From: Alphaproteobacteria bacterium | Lineage (GTDB): Bacteria; Pseudomonadota; Alphaproteobacteria; SHVZ01 | DNA length: 64,000 bases | Reading direction: 5' to 3' | Assembly (NCBI GenBank): GCA_016869375.1 | Contig: VGEH01000003.1 | Span: 1,491 to 65,490, forward strand | In this document: one piece after another, positions 41,625-51,600 of the stretch | Numbering within the stretch: the stretch's first letter is position 1 | Layout: each line of letters starts with the position of its first letter | Program-made: the position numbers and the translations under genes | The notes under the pieces: model-generated | The model's input: the letters and a program-made list of their open reading frames with translations, nothing else | The model's database searches: none | What the model was told of the DNA's origin: nothing

Positions 41625-42086
41625 ATGGCCCGGCCAGTGCCCGCAACCCCCAAAGTATTGATCTTGAACGGCCCGAACCTCAATATGCTGGGGGTCCGCG
41701 AACCTTCCATTTACGGTAAGGATACCCTCGCCGACGTCGAGAAGCTGTGCCGGAAGACCGGCAAGGCGCTCGGCCTCGCCATCGATTTCCGCCAGTCGAA
41801 CCTCGAGGGCGAGCTTGTCACCTGGATCCAGCAGGCGCGGGGCACGATGGCCGGCATCATCATCAATGCCGGCGCCTACACCCATACCTCGGTCGCGCTT
41901 CTCGACGCGCTGAGCCTGACCGAACTGCCGGTCATCGAGGTGCACCTGTCCAACATCTACAAGCGCGAGGCCTTTCGGCATAAATCCTACATTTCGCCTG
42001 TGGCGCGCGGCGTGTTGTGCGGCTTCGGCCCGCATGGCTACGCCCTTGCGCTCGAAGGCTTGGCTCGCATGGTGAAACCGTCATGA
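41625..42086 (+). CDS. aroQ: Type II 3-dehydroquinate dehydratase
   Basis: 153 aa. [42 protein letters not shown]. Confidence 0.95.
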   Translation: MARPVPATPKVLILNGPNLNMLGVREPSIYGKDTLADVEKLCRKTGKALGLAIDFRQSNLEGELVTWIQQARGTMAGIIINAGAYTHTSVALLDALSLTELPVIEVHLSNIYKREAFRHKSYISPVARGVLCGFGPHGYALALEGLARMVKPS

Positions 42087-42547
42087 TCCGGAAGGACCCG
42101 AAAGAGATCGACGAGGGGCTGGTCCGCCAGATGGCCCAGCTCTTGACCGAAACCGGCCTCACCGAGATCGAGTATGGCGGCAAGGACTGGCACCTCCGCG
42201 TCGCGCGGCAGCAGACGGCTGCGGCGGCCGCGCCGACGATCGTGACGCCAGCGCCGGTGCACGTGGCCTCGGCGGCGGCGGTCGTCACACCCGATGCCCG
42301 CTCCGCCGATCGGCCAGGCGCAATCAAGGCGCCGATGGTCGGCACCGTCTATCTGGCGCCGGAGCCGGGCGCGGCCAACTTCGTCCGGGTCGGCGACAAG
42401 GTGCGCGAGGGGCAGACAATCATGATCATCGAGGCGATGAAGGTCATGAACCCGATCCCGGCGGCGCGTGCCGGCACGGTGACCGAGATCGGTGTCGCGA
42501 ACGGCGAGCCGGTCGAGTACGGCCAGCTCCTCGCCGTCGTCGAGTAG
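42083..42547 (+). CDS. accB: Acetyl-CoA carboxylase biotin carboxyl carrier protein
   Basis: ATG 42083 overlaps the aroQ stop (ATGA). Biotinylation motif IIEAMKVMN. Confidence 0.92.
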   Translation: MIRKDPKEIDEGLVRQMAQLLTETGLTEIEYGGKDWHLRVARQQTAAAAAPTIVTPAPVHVASAAAVVTPDARSADRPGAIKAPMVGTVYLAPEPGAANFVRVGDKVREGQTIMIIEAMKVMNPIPAARAGTVTEIGVANGEPVEYGQLLAVVE

Positions 42548-42565
42548 GACGGCGGCACCCGGGGA

Positions 42566-43930
42566 ATGTTCGAGAAGGTCCTCATCGCCAATCGCGGCGA
42601 GATCGCGCTTCGCATCCATCGCGCCTGCCGCGAGATGGGTATCCAGACCGTCGCCGTGCATTCGACCGCGGACGCGGATGCGATGCATGTCCGGCTCGCC
42701 GACGAGGCGGTGTGCATCGGCCCGCCGCCGGCGCGCGAGAGCTATCTCAACATTCCCGCGATCCTGACCGCTGCCACCATCACCAATGCGGATGCGATCC
42801 ATCCTGGCGTCGGCTTCCTCGCCGAGAATGCCGGCTTCTGCGAGATGGTCGAGGAGCACGGATTCACTTTCATCGGCCCGACGCCGGATCACATCCGGCT
42901 CATGGGAGACAAGATCCTTGCCAAGAAGGCGATGATCGAGACCGGCGTGCCCTGCGTTCCCGGATCCGACGGCGAGATTCCGGCTGGCGCCGAAGGCGAC
43001 GCGGAGGCGAAGCGCGTCGCCGCCGCCATGGGCTTCCCGGTGATCGTCAAGGCCGCTGCCGGCGGCGGCGGCCGCGGCATGAAGGTCGCGCTGAAGGAAT
43101 CCGAGCTCGACGAGGCGCTACGTCTCGCGCGGCGCGAGGCCAAGGCTGGATTCGGCAACGACGCGGTCTATATCGAGAAATACCTGGGGAAGCCGCGCCA
43201 CATCGAGATCCAGATCCTGGGCGATTCCTTCGGCAATGTCGTGCATCTGGGCGAGCGCGACTGCTCGATCCAGCGACGGCACCAGAAGCTGCTGGAAGAG
43301 GCGCCGTCGCCGGCGCTGAACGCCGCGGCGCGGGCCGAGATCGGCACGATCGCGGTCGAGGCGATGAAGAAGCTGGGCTATCGCGGCCTCGGCACGATCG
43401 AGTTCCTCTATGAGGACGGCCGCTTCTACTTCATCGAGATGAACACGCGCCTGCAGGTGGAGCATCCGATCACCGAGGCGATCACGGGTATCGACCTCGT
43501 GCGCGAGCAGATCCGCGTCGCGTCCGGCTCCAGGCTCTCCTTCAGCCAGGACGACATCCGCTTTCTCGGGCATTCGATCGAGTGCCGCATCAACGCCGAG
43601 GACCCGCGGACCTTCCGTCCCTCGCCGGGAAAGATCTCGGACTACCACGCGCCGGGCGGCGCCGGCGTACGCGTCGATTCGGGCGTCTTCGCCGGCTACA
43701 CCGTGCCGCCGCACTACGACAGCCTGGTCGCCAAGCTCATCGTTCATGGCGCCAGCCGCAACGAGTGCCTGATGCGCCTCAAGCGCGCGCTCGGCGAATA
43801 CGTGATCGGCGGCATCGATACGACGATCCCGCTGCATCAGCGCCTGATGACGGAGCCCGCCTTCCTCGACGGCCGCTACGACATCCACTGGCTCGAAGGG
43901 CTGGTCCAGGGAACCAAGCCTGCGGCATAG
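42566..43930 (+). CDS. accC: Acetyl-CoA carboxylase biotin carboxylase subunit
   Basis: 454 aa. MFEKVLIANRGEIALRI, ATP-grasp domain, EMNTRLQVEHP. Confidence 0.97.
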   Translation: MFEKVLIANRGEIALRIHRACREMGIQTVAVHSTADADAMHVRLADEAVCIGPPPARESYLNIPAILTAATITNADAIHPGVGFLAENAGFCEMVEEHGFTFIGPTPDHIRLMGDKILAKKAMIETGVPCVPGSDGEIPAGAEGDAEAKRVAAAMGFPVIVKAAAGGGGRGMKVALKESELDEALRLARREAKAGFGNDAVYIEKYLGKPRHIEIQILGDSFGNVVHLGERDCSIQRRHQKLLEEAPSPALNAAARAEIGTIAVEAMKKLGYRGLGTIEFLYEDGRFYFIEMNTRLQVEHPITEAITGIDLVREQIRVASGSRLSFSQDDIRFLGHSIECRINAEDPRTFRPSPGKISDYHAPGGAGVRVDSGVFAGYTVPPHYDSLVAKLIVHGASRNECLMRLKRALGEYVIGGIDTTIPLHQRLMTEPAFLDGRYDIHWLEGLVQGTKPAA

Positions 43931-43937
43931 TCGGAAC

Positions 43938-44540
43938 GTGACGACGCCGCTCTCGCCGGAACTCCTGCTCAAGGCATACGCCATCGGAGTGTTCCCGATG
44001 GCTGAGGGTCGGGCCGATCCCCGCATCGTCTTCGTCGACCCCGATCGCCGCGGTGTGCTGCCGCTGGACGAGTTCCACCTGCCGCGGAGCCTGAAGAAGA
44101 CGATCAAGCGTGGCGTCTTCGAAGTCCGCTGCGATACCGACTTCGCCGGCGTGCTGGTCGGCTGTGCCGAATCGACGCCGAAGCGCAAGGACACCTGGAT
44201 CAACCCGGAGATCGAACGGCTCTACAACCAGCTCTATCGGCTCGGCTTCGCGCATTCGGTCGAGACGTGGCGCGACGGCAAGCTGGTCGGCGGCCTCTAC
44301 GGCGTCGCCCTCGGCGCCGCCTTCTTCGGCGAGAGCATGTTCAGCCGCGAAACCGATGCCAGCAAGGTCGCGCTGGCGGCCCTGGTTGAGCGGCTCAAGC
44401 GTGGCCACTTCACGCTGCTCGACACGCAGTTCCTGACCGAGCACCTTGCCCGCTTCGGGGCGCGCGAGATTCCGCGTGAAGACTATCGCCGCATGCTCGA
44501 GGAGGCGATCATCCGCGACGCGGCCTTTCCGAAGAACTGA
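43938..44540 (+). CDS. aat: Leucyl/phenylalanyl-tRNA--protein transferase
   Basis: 200 aa, GTG start. YA.GVFPM, HSVE.W..GKLVGGLYGV.LG..FFGESMF. Confidence 0.9.
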   Translation: MTTPLSPELLLKAYAIGVFPMAEGRADPRIVFVDPDRRGVLPLDEFHLPRSLKKTIKRGVFEVRCDTDFAGVLVGCAESTPKRKDTWINPEIERLYNQLYRLGFAHSVETWRDGKLVGGLYGVALGAAFFGESMFSRETDASKVALAALVERLKRGHFTLLDTQFLTEHLARFGAREIPREDYRRMLEEAIIRDAAFPKN

Positions 44541-44544
44541 TCGC

Positions 44545-46629
44545 TCAGGACTCGCACCAGCGCCGCCACATGACGCGGAATCCGTCGGCGACGGCGGCCG
44601 TGTAGCGATCGAGGTCGCCGACGGCGGACTGGGCAAGCTGCTCGCGGAACCCCGGCCTGAGGCTGGCGAGCGCGGCGCGATCTTGGGCCTTGGCAATCGC
44701 GAGCGCGACGTATGCATCGACATCGGCGGCGATCCAGTCGGCAAGCCCGATGGCGCTGAGGATGGCGGCGCTTGCGCGGCCCGCCGCGTTGCTGCCGAGC
44801 AGAGCGATCACGGGAACGCCCATATGAACGGCCTCGAAGGTGCTGACGCCGCCATTGAAAGGAAAGGGATCGAGCGCGAGGTCGACATCGGCGAAGGCGC
44901 CCATGTGCTCGGTCCGCGGGGTCCGTCCGCGCATCTCGACGCGCGCCGGGGCGACGCCGTGCCGCGCCATCAAGATTGACATCTCCGCACGCGCCAAGCC
45001 GTCGTCGAAGCTCGGATCTTTGAGCAGCAGTCGCGCCGCGGGCAGGGCGGCGAGGATGTGTCCCCAGGCCGCCGCGGTCTTGCCGCTGATCTTGGATGCG
45101 CGGTTGAAGCAACCGAGAGTGAAGGGCCGCCGAGGGTCGGCCGCAGCCACCGTCGGCGCATCCTCCGGCGGTTCCGACGTCATGAAGCAGGGCAGATCGT
45201 AGACCTGCTCGGCGAGCAGCGGCCGTATCGCCGGCGGCAGCAGGACGGGGTCGCCAAGGAAGTAGTCGATCTCGGGAACGCCCGTCCCGACGCCGTGGCC
45301 CCAGGCCGTGATCTGGACCGGCGCAGGCTTGGCGGCGAAGGTCTGGAGGCGATGGCCGCCGGTATGACCGGACAGATCGACAAGGATGTCGATCTCGTCC
45401 CTACGGATCTGCGCGGCGAGTTCTGTCGGCGACAGGTCATGCGTCTCCCGCCAGAAGCTGCTGATGCGCCGGAAACTCTCCGTGAGCCAGTCGGCGCGGA
45501 CGGTTGCCGAGTAGCAGCCGATCTCGAACCGCGTTGCGTCGAGGCGGCGAAGGACCGGCCCGAAGATCGAGGCCGTCGCGTGCTGCCGGAAATCGGCGGA
45601 GACGAAGCCGACCTTGAGGCGCCGGTCCGGCGTGCGGTCGTTGGCATGACCCGACTTCATCGCGGCGAAAGGCAGCGCATGGCGCCGATACCATCGCCGC
45701 CGCTCGGCCTGCTGTTCGGCGAAGCCGAGCTTCTCCCGGAAGTCGAGAGCGAAGACCAGCGCGGTGTCGCACGCCGCATTGTCGGGAGCGATGGCGAGTG
45801 CGCGGCGATAGTTCGCCACTGCGCCGAGGGGATCGCCACGATCCATCCGTGCGTTGCCGAGGTTCATGTGCGGTGCGCTTCCCGCCGGCTTGAGCGCGAG
45901 CGAGCGCCGATACCGCGTCACCGCCGCGGCGATCCGACGCTCGACGTGAAGCGCATTGCCGAAATTGTTCTGCGCCTCGGCGTAGTCCGGCGAGAGGGCG
46001 GCGGCGCGCTCGAAACACGCGATCGCTTCGCCGGGTTGGTTCAGATGACGAAGAAGGAGGCCGAGGCCGTTCAGCGCCTCGGGGAAGGCTGCGCGGATTG
46101 CAAGCGCGCGCCGTTCGTGGCGGAGCGCAGCCGTGTGCTTTCGGATCGCGGCGAGCGCCTCGGCGAGATTGTGGGCGAGCTCGGCGATGCCGGGGTTCAG
46201 CACGACGGCGCGCTGCAGCGGAAGCGCGGCCTCGGACGCACGGCCCGTCGCGAGCAGGGCTGCGCCGAGATTGCCCAGCGCGACGACGTCGTAAGGATCG
46301 GTCCGCAGGATGGTGCGATGCGCCTCGGCTTCCTCGGCGCGTCGCCCGAGCGCGTTGAACACGGCGGCGAGGTGGCGTGCCGCGAGCACCGGCGCGGCGG
46401 TCGCCATCGTCGCGCGCCCGAGCAGGATAGCGGCGGCAGGAAGACTCTGGCTTTGCGCCAGGGCCAGCCCATGCATGTGGAGTAGATCGGCTTGCTCGGG
46501 CGCGAGGGCCAGCGCCGCGCGACAGGCCCTCAGCCCCGCTGGAAAATCGCCGGCCTGCAGAAGCTGCGCTGCCGTGTCGGCGAGCGCGGCGACGTCCTCG
46601 CTCACCCCCGCCGGCATTCGAGCACCCAC
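44545..46629 (-). CDS. TPR-repeat protein with C-terminal GT41 (OGT/SPINDLY-like) domain, paralogue 3
   Basis: 694 aa. TPR array plus RLKVGFVSADFRQHATASIFGPV, DLSGHTGGH, APVQITAWG, LGCFNRASKISG, DLALDPFPFNGGVSTFEAVHMGVPVI, WRRWC. Roughly half the residues match paralogue 1 over the C-terminal domain (by eye). Confidence 0.8.
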   Translation of the reverse strand: MGARMPAGVSEDVAALADTAAQLLQAGDFPAGLRACRAALALAPEQADLLHMHGLALAQSQSLPAAAILLGRATMATAAPVLAARHLAAVFNALGRRAEEAEAHRTILRTDPYDVVALGNLGAALLATGRASEAALPLQRAVVLNPGIAELAHNLAEALAAIRKHTAALRHERRALAIRAAFPEALNGLGLLLRHLNQPGEAIACFERAAALSPDYAEAQNNFGNALHVERRIAAAVTRYRRSLALKPAGSAPHMNLGNARMDRGDPLGAVANYRRALAIAPDNAACDTALVFALDFREKLGFAEQQAERRRWYRRHALPFAAMKSGHANDRTPDRRLKVGFVSADFRQHATASIFGPVLRRLDATRFEIGCYSATVRADWLTESFRRISSFWRETHDLSPTELAAQIRRDEIDILVDLSGHTGGHRLQTFAAKPAPVQITAWGHGVGTGVPEIDYFLGDPVLLPPAIRPLLAEQVYDLPCFMTSEPPEDAPTVAAADPRRPFTLGCFNRASKISGKTAAAWGHILAALPAARLLLKDPSFDDGLARAEMSILMARHGVAPARVEMRGRTPRTEHMGAFADVDLALDPFPFNGGVSTFEAVHMGVPVIALLGSNAAGRASAAILSAIGLADWIAADVDAYVALAIAKAQDRAALASLRPGFREQLAQSAVGDLDRYTAAVADGFRVMWRRWCES

Positions 46630-46982
46630 ACGTCATAGACGGGGTGCTGCAGCGGATTGAGCGCCGGGCTCGAGGAGAACATCCAGCCGGAGAAGAGCTG
46701 CCGCGGCTGCTCGCCCAGGCGAAGCTCGCGAATCTCGAGGAAGGCCGCGTTCTCCGGTGGCTCCTCGGGCGGGCGCTTGTGACAGGCGCGCATGATGATC
46801 TCGAGCGTGCCGAAACGGACAGGCCGGTCGATCTCGATCAGAATCGTGGAGACGCGCGCCGTTACCTTTTCGAGTCCCTGCAGTGCGGCGGCGCGCTGCT
46901 GCAGCTGCTGAGCCGAGGCCGGAAGCGCGAGCAGCAGGACGAGGAGAACGAGCGCCAGGCACTCAAGGCTTCTTCGTAGCAT
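46602..46982 (-). CDS. DUF2155-domain periplasmic protein
   Basis: 126 aa. Signal peptide ...ALPASAQ. Blocks GLEKVTARVS...V.FG.LEI....C.KRPPEE.PENAAFLEI. Confidence 0.75.
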   Translation of the reverse strand: MLRRSLECLALVLLVLLLALPASAQQLQQRAAALQGLEKVTARVSTILIEIDRPVRFGTLEIIMRACHKRPPEEPPENAAFLEIRELRLGEQPRQLFSGWMFSSSPALNPLQHPVYDVWVLECRRG

Positions 46983-47436
46983 CCTTGCTCTGATCGGGGC
47001 CGGAGAACATGAACTTTCCGAGCATCTGGACCAGGTCGACCGGCGACTGGGTGAACTTGATCTCCCCGCCCGGCTTGATCGTCTCGGCGTCTCCCCCCGG
47101 AATCAGCGCGAGATAGCGTCCGCCCAGCAGTCCTTCGCTCGCCACCTCGGCCACCGTGTCGGTCGGCAGCTTGACGCGCGGGTCGATGCTCATGCGGACG
47201 ATGGCAAGAAAGCGATCGGTGTCGAGCCTCTGATCGACGACCGTGCCGACCTTGATGCCGCTAATGCGGACGTCCGTGCCGGTGGTCACGCCGTCGACGC
47301 GGTCAAAGCGCGCCGACACCTCATAGCCCGTCACCGCCCGCAAGCCCGAGCTGTTGTAGGCGAAGGCAAGGAACATCGCGGCTACGACGATGACGACCGC
47401 GCCCATCACCGTCTCGATCATGCTGCGGCCGGTCAT
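46963..47436 (-). CDS. mlaD: MlaD-family (MCE domain) outer-membrane lipid asymmetry protein
   Basis: ATG 47436 gives MTGRSMIETVMGAVVIVVAAMFLAFAY (the ORF is open to 47520, where it would overlap NDUFA12). MCE block GVTTGTDVRISGIKVGTV. Confidence 0.8.
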   Translation of the reverse strand: MTGRSMIETVMGAVVIVVAAMFLAFAYNSSGLRAVTGYEVSARFDRVDGVTTGTDVRISGIKVGTVVDQRLDTDRFLAIVRMSIDPRVKLPTDTVAEVASEGLLGGRYLALIPGGDAETIKPGGEIKFTQSPVDLVQMLGKFMFSGPDQSKDATKKP

Positions 47437-47455
47437 GGCCCGAATTCCCCGTGGC

Positions 47456-47815
47456 TCAGTTCGGCCGCCAGGGCTCGTAATCGCCGGTCGCCGCGGCGCG
47501 TTGGCCGCCCTTCGCGACATGGCCTGGCGGGCGGTAAGCCTCCGGCGTGCCGGTCAGATTCGGCACATGCTCCTTCTGCCAGCTCGGCCCCTTGGCGCCT
47601 TCCTTCGGCGGCTCCTTGGCGGTGTGATGCAGCCAGGCATGCCACTCCGGCGGCACCTTCGAGCCTTCCGGCTCGCCCTGGTACATGACCCAGCGCCGTT
47701 CCTTGCCGTCGGTGCGCCTGGCACCGCCCTTGGCCCGGTAGTAACGGTTGCCATAGGCGTCGGTGCCGACGGCCTCGCCGTTGAGCCAAGTGAAGAGACG
47801 GGTGCCGAGACTCAT
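47456..47815 (-). CDS. NADH:ubiquinone oxidoreductase subunit NDUFA12-family protein
   Basis: 119 aa. G.D.YGNRYY......RRWV.Y.G..E.S.VPPEWH.WLHH. Confidence 0.85.
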   Translation of the reverse strand: MSLGTRLFTWLNGEAVGTDAYGNRYYRAKGGARRTDGKERRWVMYQGEPEGSKVPPEWHAWLHHTAKEPPKEGAKGPSWQKEHVPNLTGTPEAYRPPGHVAKGGQRAAATGDYEPWRPN

Positions 47816-47884
47816 GAGTTACGTGCCCGGGTTGATGAGCGCGCGGACTATGGACCGGCGGCGGACCGAGGTAAAGAGCGGGCC

Positions 47885-48262
47885 ATGATGCCGGTGTCGG
47901 TCAAGGCCGTGATCCTGGAGGGCGAACGCGTCCTGCTGCTCGCCAACGATCGCGGCGAGTGGGAGCTGCCGGGCGGCCGCATCGACCCGGGCGAATCCGA
48001 GACCCAGGCGCTGGCGCGTGAAATCGAGGAGGAGCTCGGCGTCACGGCCCGGATCGGGGCGCGTCTCGCCGAGGAGGTGTTAGAGGTGATTCCGGGACGC
48101 CATGTGCGGATCGTCAGCTATGGCTGCGCGATCGCGCCCGGGGCGGCCCTTCGGCTCTCGGCCGAGCACCGGACCCTCCTTTGGGCGCCGGTCGACGCAC
48201 TGGGTGATTTGCCGATTCCGGCCGTCTACGGACGGGCGATCAGCCTGTGGACGAAAATGTGA
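47885..48262 (+). CDS. NUDIX hydrolase
   Basis: 125 aa from ATG 47885. Nudix box GGRIDPGESETQALAREIEEELGV. The upstream part of track ORF 47390-48262 is antisense to mlaD/NDUFA12 and was not called. Confidence 0.85.
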   Translation: MMPVSVKAVILEGERVLLLANDRGEWELPGGRIDPGESETQALAREIEEELGVTARIGARLAEEVLEVIPGRHVRIVSYGCAIAPGAALRLSAEHRTLLWAPVDALGDLPIPAVYGRAISLWTKM

Positions 48263-48318
48263 GTATCTTTCAAGAGTCCCTAATTTGCGGGCATATCTAT
48301 GACAGTGTGATGGCGCTC

Positions 48319-48334
48319 ACACAAAATGTTGTTG
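48319..48334. promoter_or_regulatory. NrdR-box-like 16-mer (distal)
   Basis: ACACAAAATGTTGTTG matches 12 of 14 specified positions of the NrdR box consensus acaCwAnATnTwGtgt (recalled from memory). It lies 340 nt upstream of the nrdJ ATG. Confidence 0.35.
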
Positions 48335-48607
48335 CCTCCCCCGGCAATTGTGGCAGACTTCGGCCTCTGTCGCGTCGCTGTCGTCGGGGAGGCCGGCTTG
48401 AGCGTACGCCGTCACCGAAGTCGAGGACGTCCCAGTCGCTGGCACCGGCCATGCGGACGAGGATCTTGCGCACGCCTTCGACCTGCCAGATACGAGAGAA
48501 ATAACGACAAATCAAAGCGCTAGCGGCGCTTGTTTATCTATTATATTTGAGTCTTTAGATACTGTTCTGTGATTTCTTTATCTTCGTCGATTTACCGCTT
48601 GCCGCTC

Positions 48608-48654
48608 TTCCCAGGTCTAGTGTAGGCTTCTCCTCCTAACGCAATATGTAGTGG
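48608..48654. promoter_or_regulatory. Candidate tandem NrdR boxes overlapping the likely nrdJ promoter
   Basis: The proximal box ACGCAATATGTAGTGG (48639-48654) matches 12/14. A weak partner ending ...TCTAGTGT (48608-48623) sits exactly 31 bp upstream, which is the usual tandem spacing. The RBS GGGGGAG and ATG 48674 follow. Confidence 0.45.
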
Positions 48655-48673
48655 TTTCGGGGGAGCGAAGCGT

Positions 48674-51600
48674 ATGCGCGTCACGCGGCGATTCACGACC
48701 GAGGGACAGGATCCGTTCTCGAGCATCGCGTTTCGCAACGCGACCAGCGAGATCCGAAACCCTGACGGCTCCATCGTCTTTCGTCTGGCCGATATCGAGG
48801 TGCCTGAGGAGTTCTCCCAGGTCGCTGCCGACATCCTGGCGCAGAAGTATTTCCGCAAGGCCGGGATTCCGGCCGCGCTGAAGCCGGTCGAGGAGAACAC
48901 GATTCCCTCCTGGCTGTGGCGCAAGACCGCCGACGAAGCGGCGCTCGCCAAGCTCGACAAGGACAAGCGCTCGACGCATGAGCGGTCGGCCAAGGAAGTC
49001 TTCCACCGGCTCGCCGGCACCTGGACCTATTGGGGCTGGAAGGGCGGCTACTTCGACACGGAAGCCGACGCACGCGCCTTCCATGACGAGCATTGCTACA
49101 TGCTCGCGCGCCAGATGGTGGCGCCGAACAGCCCGCAATGGTTCAACACCGGGCTCCACTGGGCCTATGGCATCGACGGCCCGGCGCAGGGCCACTACTA
49201 CGTCGACTTCCAGTCCGGAAAGCTCGTGCAGTCCGAGTCGGCCTACGAGCATCCGCAGCCGCATGCCTGCTTCATCCAGTCGGTCTCCGATGACCTCGTG
49301 AACGAGGGCGGCATCATGGACCTCTGGGTCCGCGAAGCGCGCCTGTTCAAGTACGGCTCAGGTACCGGCTCCAACTTCTCGAAGCTGCGCGGCGACGGCG
49401 AGAAGCTCTCGGGCGGCGGCCGTTCGTCGGGCCTGATGAGCTTCCTCAAGATCGGCGACCGTGCCGCCGGCGCGATCAAGTCGGGCGGCACCACGCGCCG
49501 CGCCGCCAAGATGGTCACCGTCGACATCGACCATCCGGATATCGAGACCTACATTAAGTGGAAGATGGTCGAGGAGCAGAAGGTCGCTGCCCTCGTCTCC
49601 GGCTCGCGCCTGGCCGCCAAGCACCTCAACGAGGTGATGGCGGCGTGCACCGACGGCACCAGCAGCGACGATCGCTTCGATCCGAAGAAGAATAAGGCGC
49701 TGAAGAAGGCGATCCTCACCGCCCGCAAGGCGATGATCCCGGAGAACTATGTCCAGCGGGTCATCCATTTCGCCAAGCAGGGCTACGATAAGATCGAGTT
49801 TCCGACCTACGACACCGACTGGGATTCGGACGCCTACCTGACCGTCTCCGGCCAGAACTCGAACAACTCCGTCCGCCTCAACAACGAGTTCCTCGACGCG
49901 GTCATCGCCAACGGCGACTGGAAGCTCGTCCGCCGCACCGACGGCAAGATCGCGAAGACGATGAAGGCGCGGGAACTCTGGAACCTCGTCGGCGAGGCGG
50001 CCTGGGCCTGCGCCGATCCGGGCGTGCAGTACGACTCGACGATCAACGAGTGGCACACCTGCCCGGAATCGGGGCGCATCAACGCGTCCAACCCGTGCTC
50101 CGAATACATGTTCCTGGACGACACCGCCTGCAACCTGGCGTCCATGAACCTGCTCACCTACCGGCATGCCGACGGCAGCTTCGACATCGAGGCCTATGAG
50201 CACGTCACCCGGCTCTGGACGATGGTCCTCGAGATCTCGGTGATGATGGCGCAGTTCCCGTCCAAGGCGATCGCCGAACTCTCCTACGAGTTTCGCACGC
50301 TCGGCCTCGGCTACGCCAATATCGGCGGCCTGCTGATGGCCTCGGGTATCGCCTACGATTCAGACGAAGGCCGCGCGATCTGTGCTGCGCTGACCGCGAC
50401 CATGACCGGCGTCGCCTACGCGACCTCGGCCGAGATGGCGGGCGAACTCGGTACCTTCCCGGGCTATGCCAAGAACCGCGAGCACATGCTGCGCGTCATG
50501 CGCAACCATCGCCGCGCCGCCTATGGCGAGGCCGACGGCTACGAAGGCCTCGCCATCAAGCCGGTGCCGCTCGACTCCGAGAGCTGCCCGGATCAGGCGC
50601 TGATCAAGGCGGCGCGCAAGGCCTGGGACGAGGCGCTCCGCCTCGGCGAGATCCATGGCTATCGCAACGCGCAGGCGAGCGTGGTGGCGCCGACCGGTAC
50701 CATCGGCCTCGTCATGGATTGCGACACCACGGGCATCGAGCCCGACTTCGCGCTGGTGAAGTTCAAGAAGCTCGCCGGCGGCGGCTACTTCAAAATCATC
50801 AACCGCCTGGTGCCGGATGCGCTCCGGGCCCTTGGCTACCCCGAGGCGCAGATCGAGGAGATCGTCGCCTATGCCGTCGGACACGGTACGCTGAAGGACG
50901 CGCCGGCGATCGACCATCGGGCGCTCCGCGCCAAGGGCTTCACCTCAGAGGCGCTGACCGCGCTCGAAGGTTCGCTCGGTTCGGCCTTCGACATCAAGTT
51001 CGCCTTCAACAAATGGACGCTCGGCGAGGAGTTCTGCCGCGTCAACCTCAAGATCCCGGCGGAGAAGCTGGACGAGGCGGGCTTCGATCTGCTCGGCCAT
51101 CTCGGCTTCTCGCGCTCGGACATCGAGGCCGCCAACACCTATTGCTGCGGCGCCATGACGGTCGAGGGCGCGCCCTACCTCAAGGCCGAGCATCTGGCCG
51201 TGTTCGACTGCGCCAATCCCTGCGGTCGCATCGGCACGCGCTCGCTCTCGGTCGAGAGCCACATCCGCATGATGGCGGCGTCCCAGCCCTTCATCTCGGG
51301 CGCCATCTCCAAGACCATCAACATGCCGAACCTGGCGACGGTCGAGGACTGCAAGAATGCGTACATGCTCTCATGGCGCCTCGGCCTCAAGGCCAATGCG
51401 CTCTATCGCGACGGCTCCAAGCTCTCGCAGCCGCTCTCCGCGGCGTTGATCGACGACGAGGAGGCGATCGACGAGATCGCCGATGCCGCGCCGGCCGAGA
51501 AGGCGCCGATCATCGCCGAGAAGATCGTCGAGCGGATCATCGAGCGCGTCGCTTCCCGCCAGCGCCTGCCGCAGCGCCGCAAGGGCTACACTCAGAAGGC

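Noticed and set aside
47390-47884. 5' part of the 290-aa ORF that contains the NUDIX domain.
   Set aside because: It overlaps mlaD and the NDUFA12-like gene on the opposite strand and has no Nudix-family similarity. ATG 47885 gives a complete 125-aa Nudix protein.
48440-48454. Sigma-54-like TGGCAC-N5-ATGC on the plus strand of the nrdJ leader.
   Set aside because: CTGGCAC is a common codon string in this GC-rich DNA (another example is near 39620). The -12 element is imperfect, and no enhancer-binding protein or upstream activator sites are evident.
48554-48570. Irr/ICE-like half-match TTTAGA-N5-TTCT in the AT-rich part of the nrdJ leader.
   Set aside because: Only the left half matches the TTTAGAA-N3-TTCTAAA consensus I recall. 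The spacing is off by one and the right half is 4/7, so it is indistinguishable from chance in AT-rich sequence.
48263-48673. Cobalamin riboswitch in the nrdJ leader.
   Set aside because: I found no B12-box-like element (GCCACTG-type core) on either strand. A B12-repressed riboswitch in front of a B12-dependent enzyme would also be counter-intuitive. An Infernal scan would settle it.
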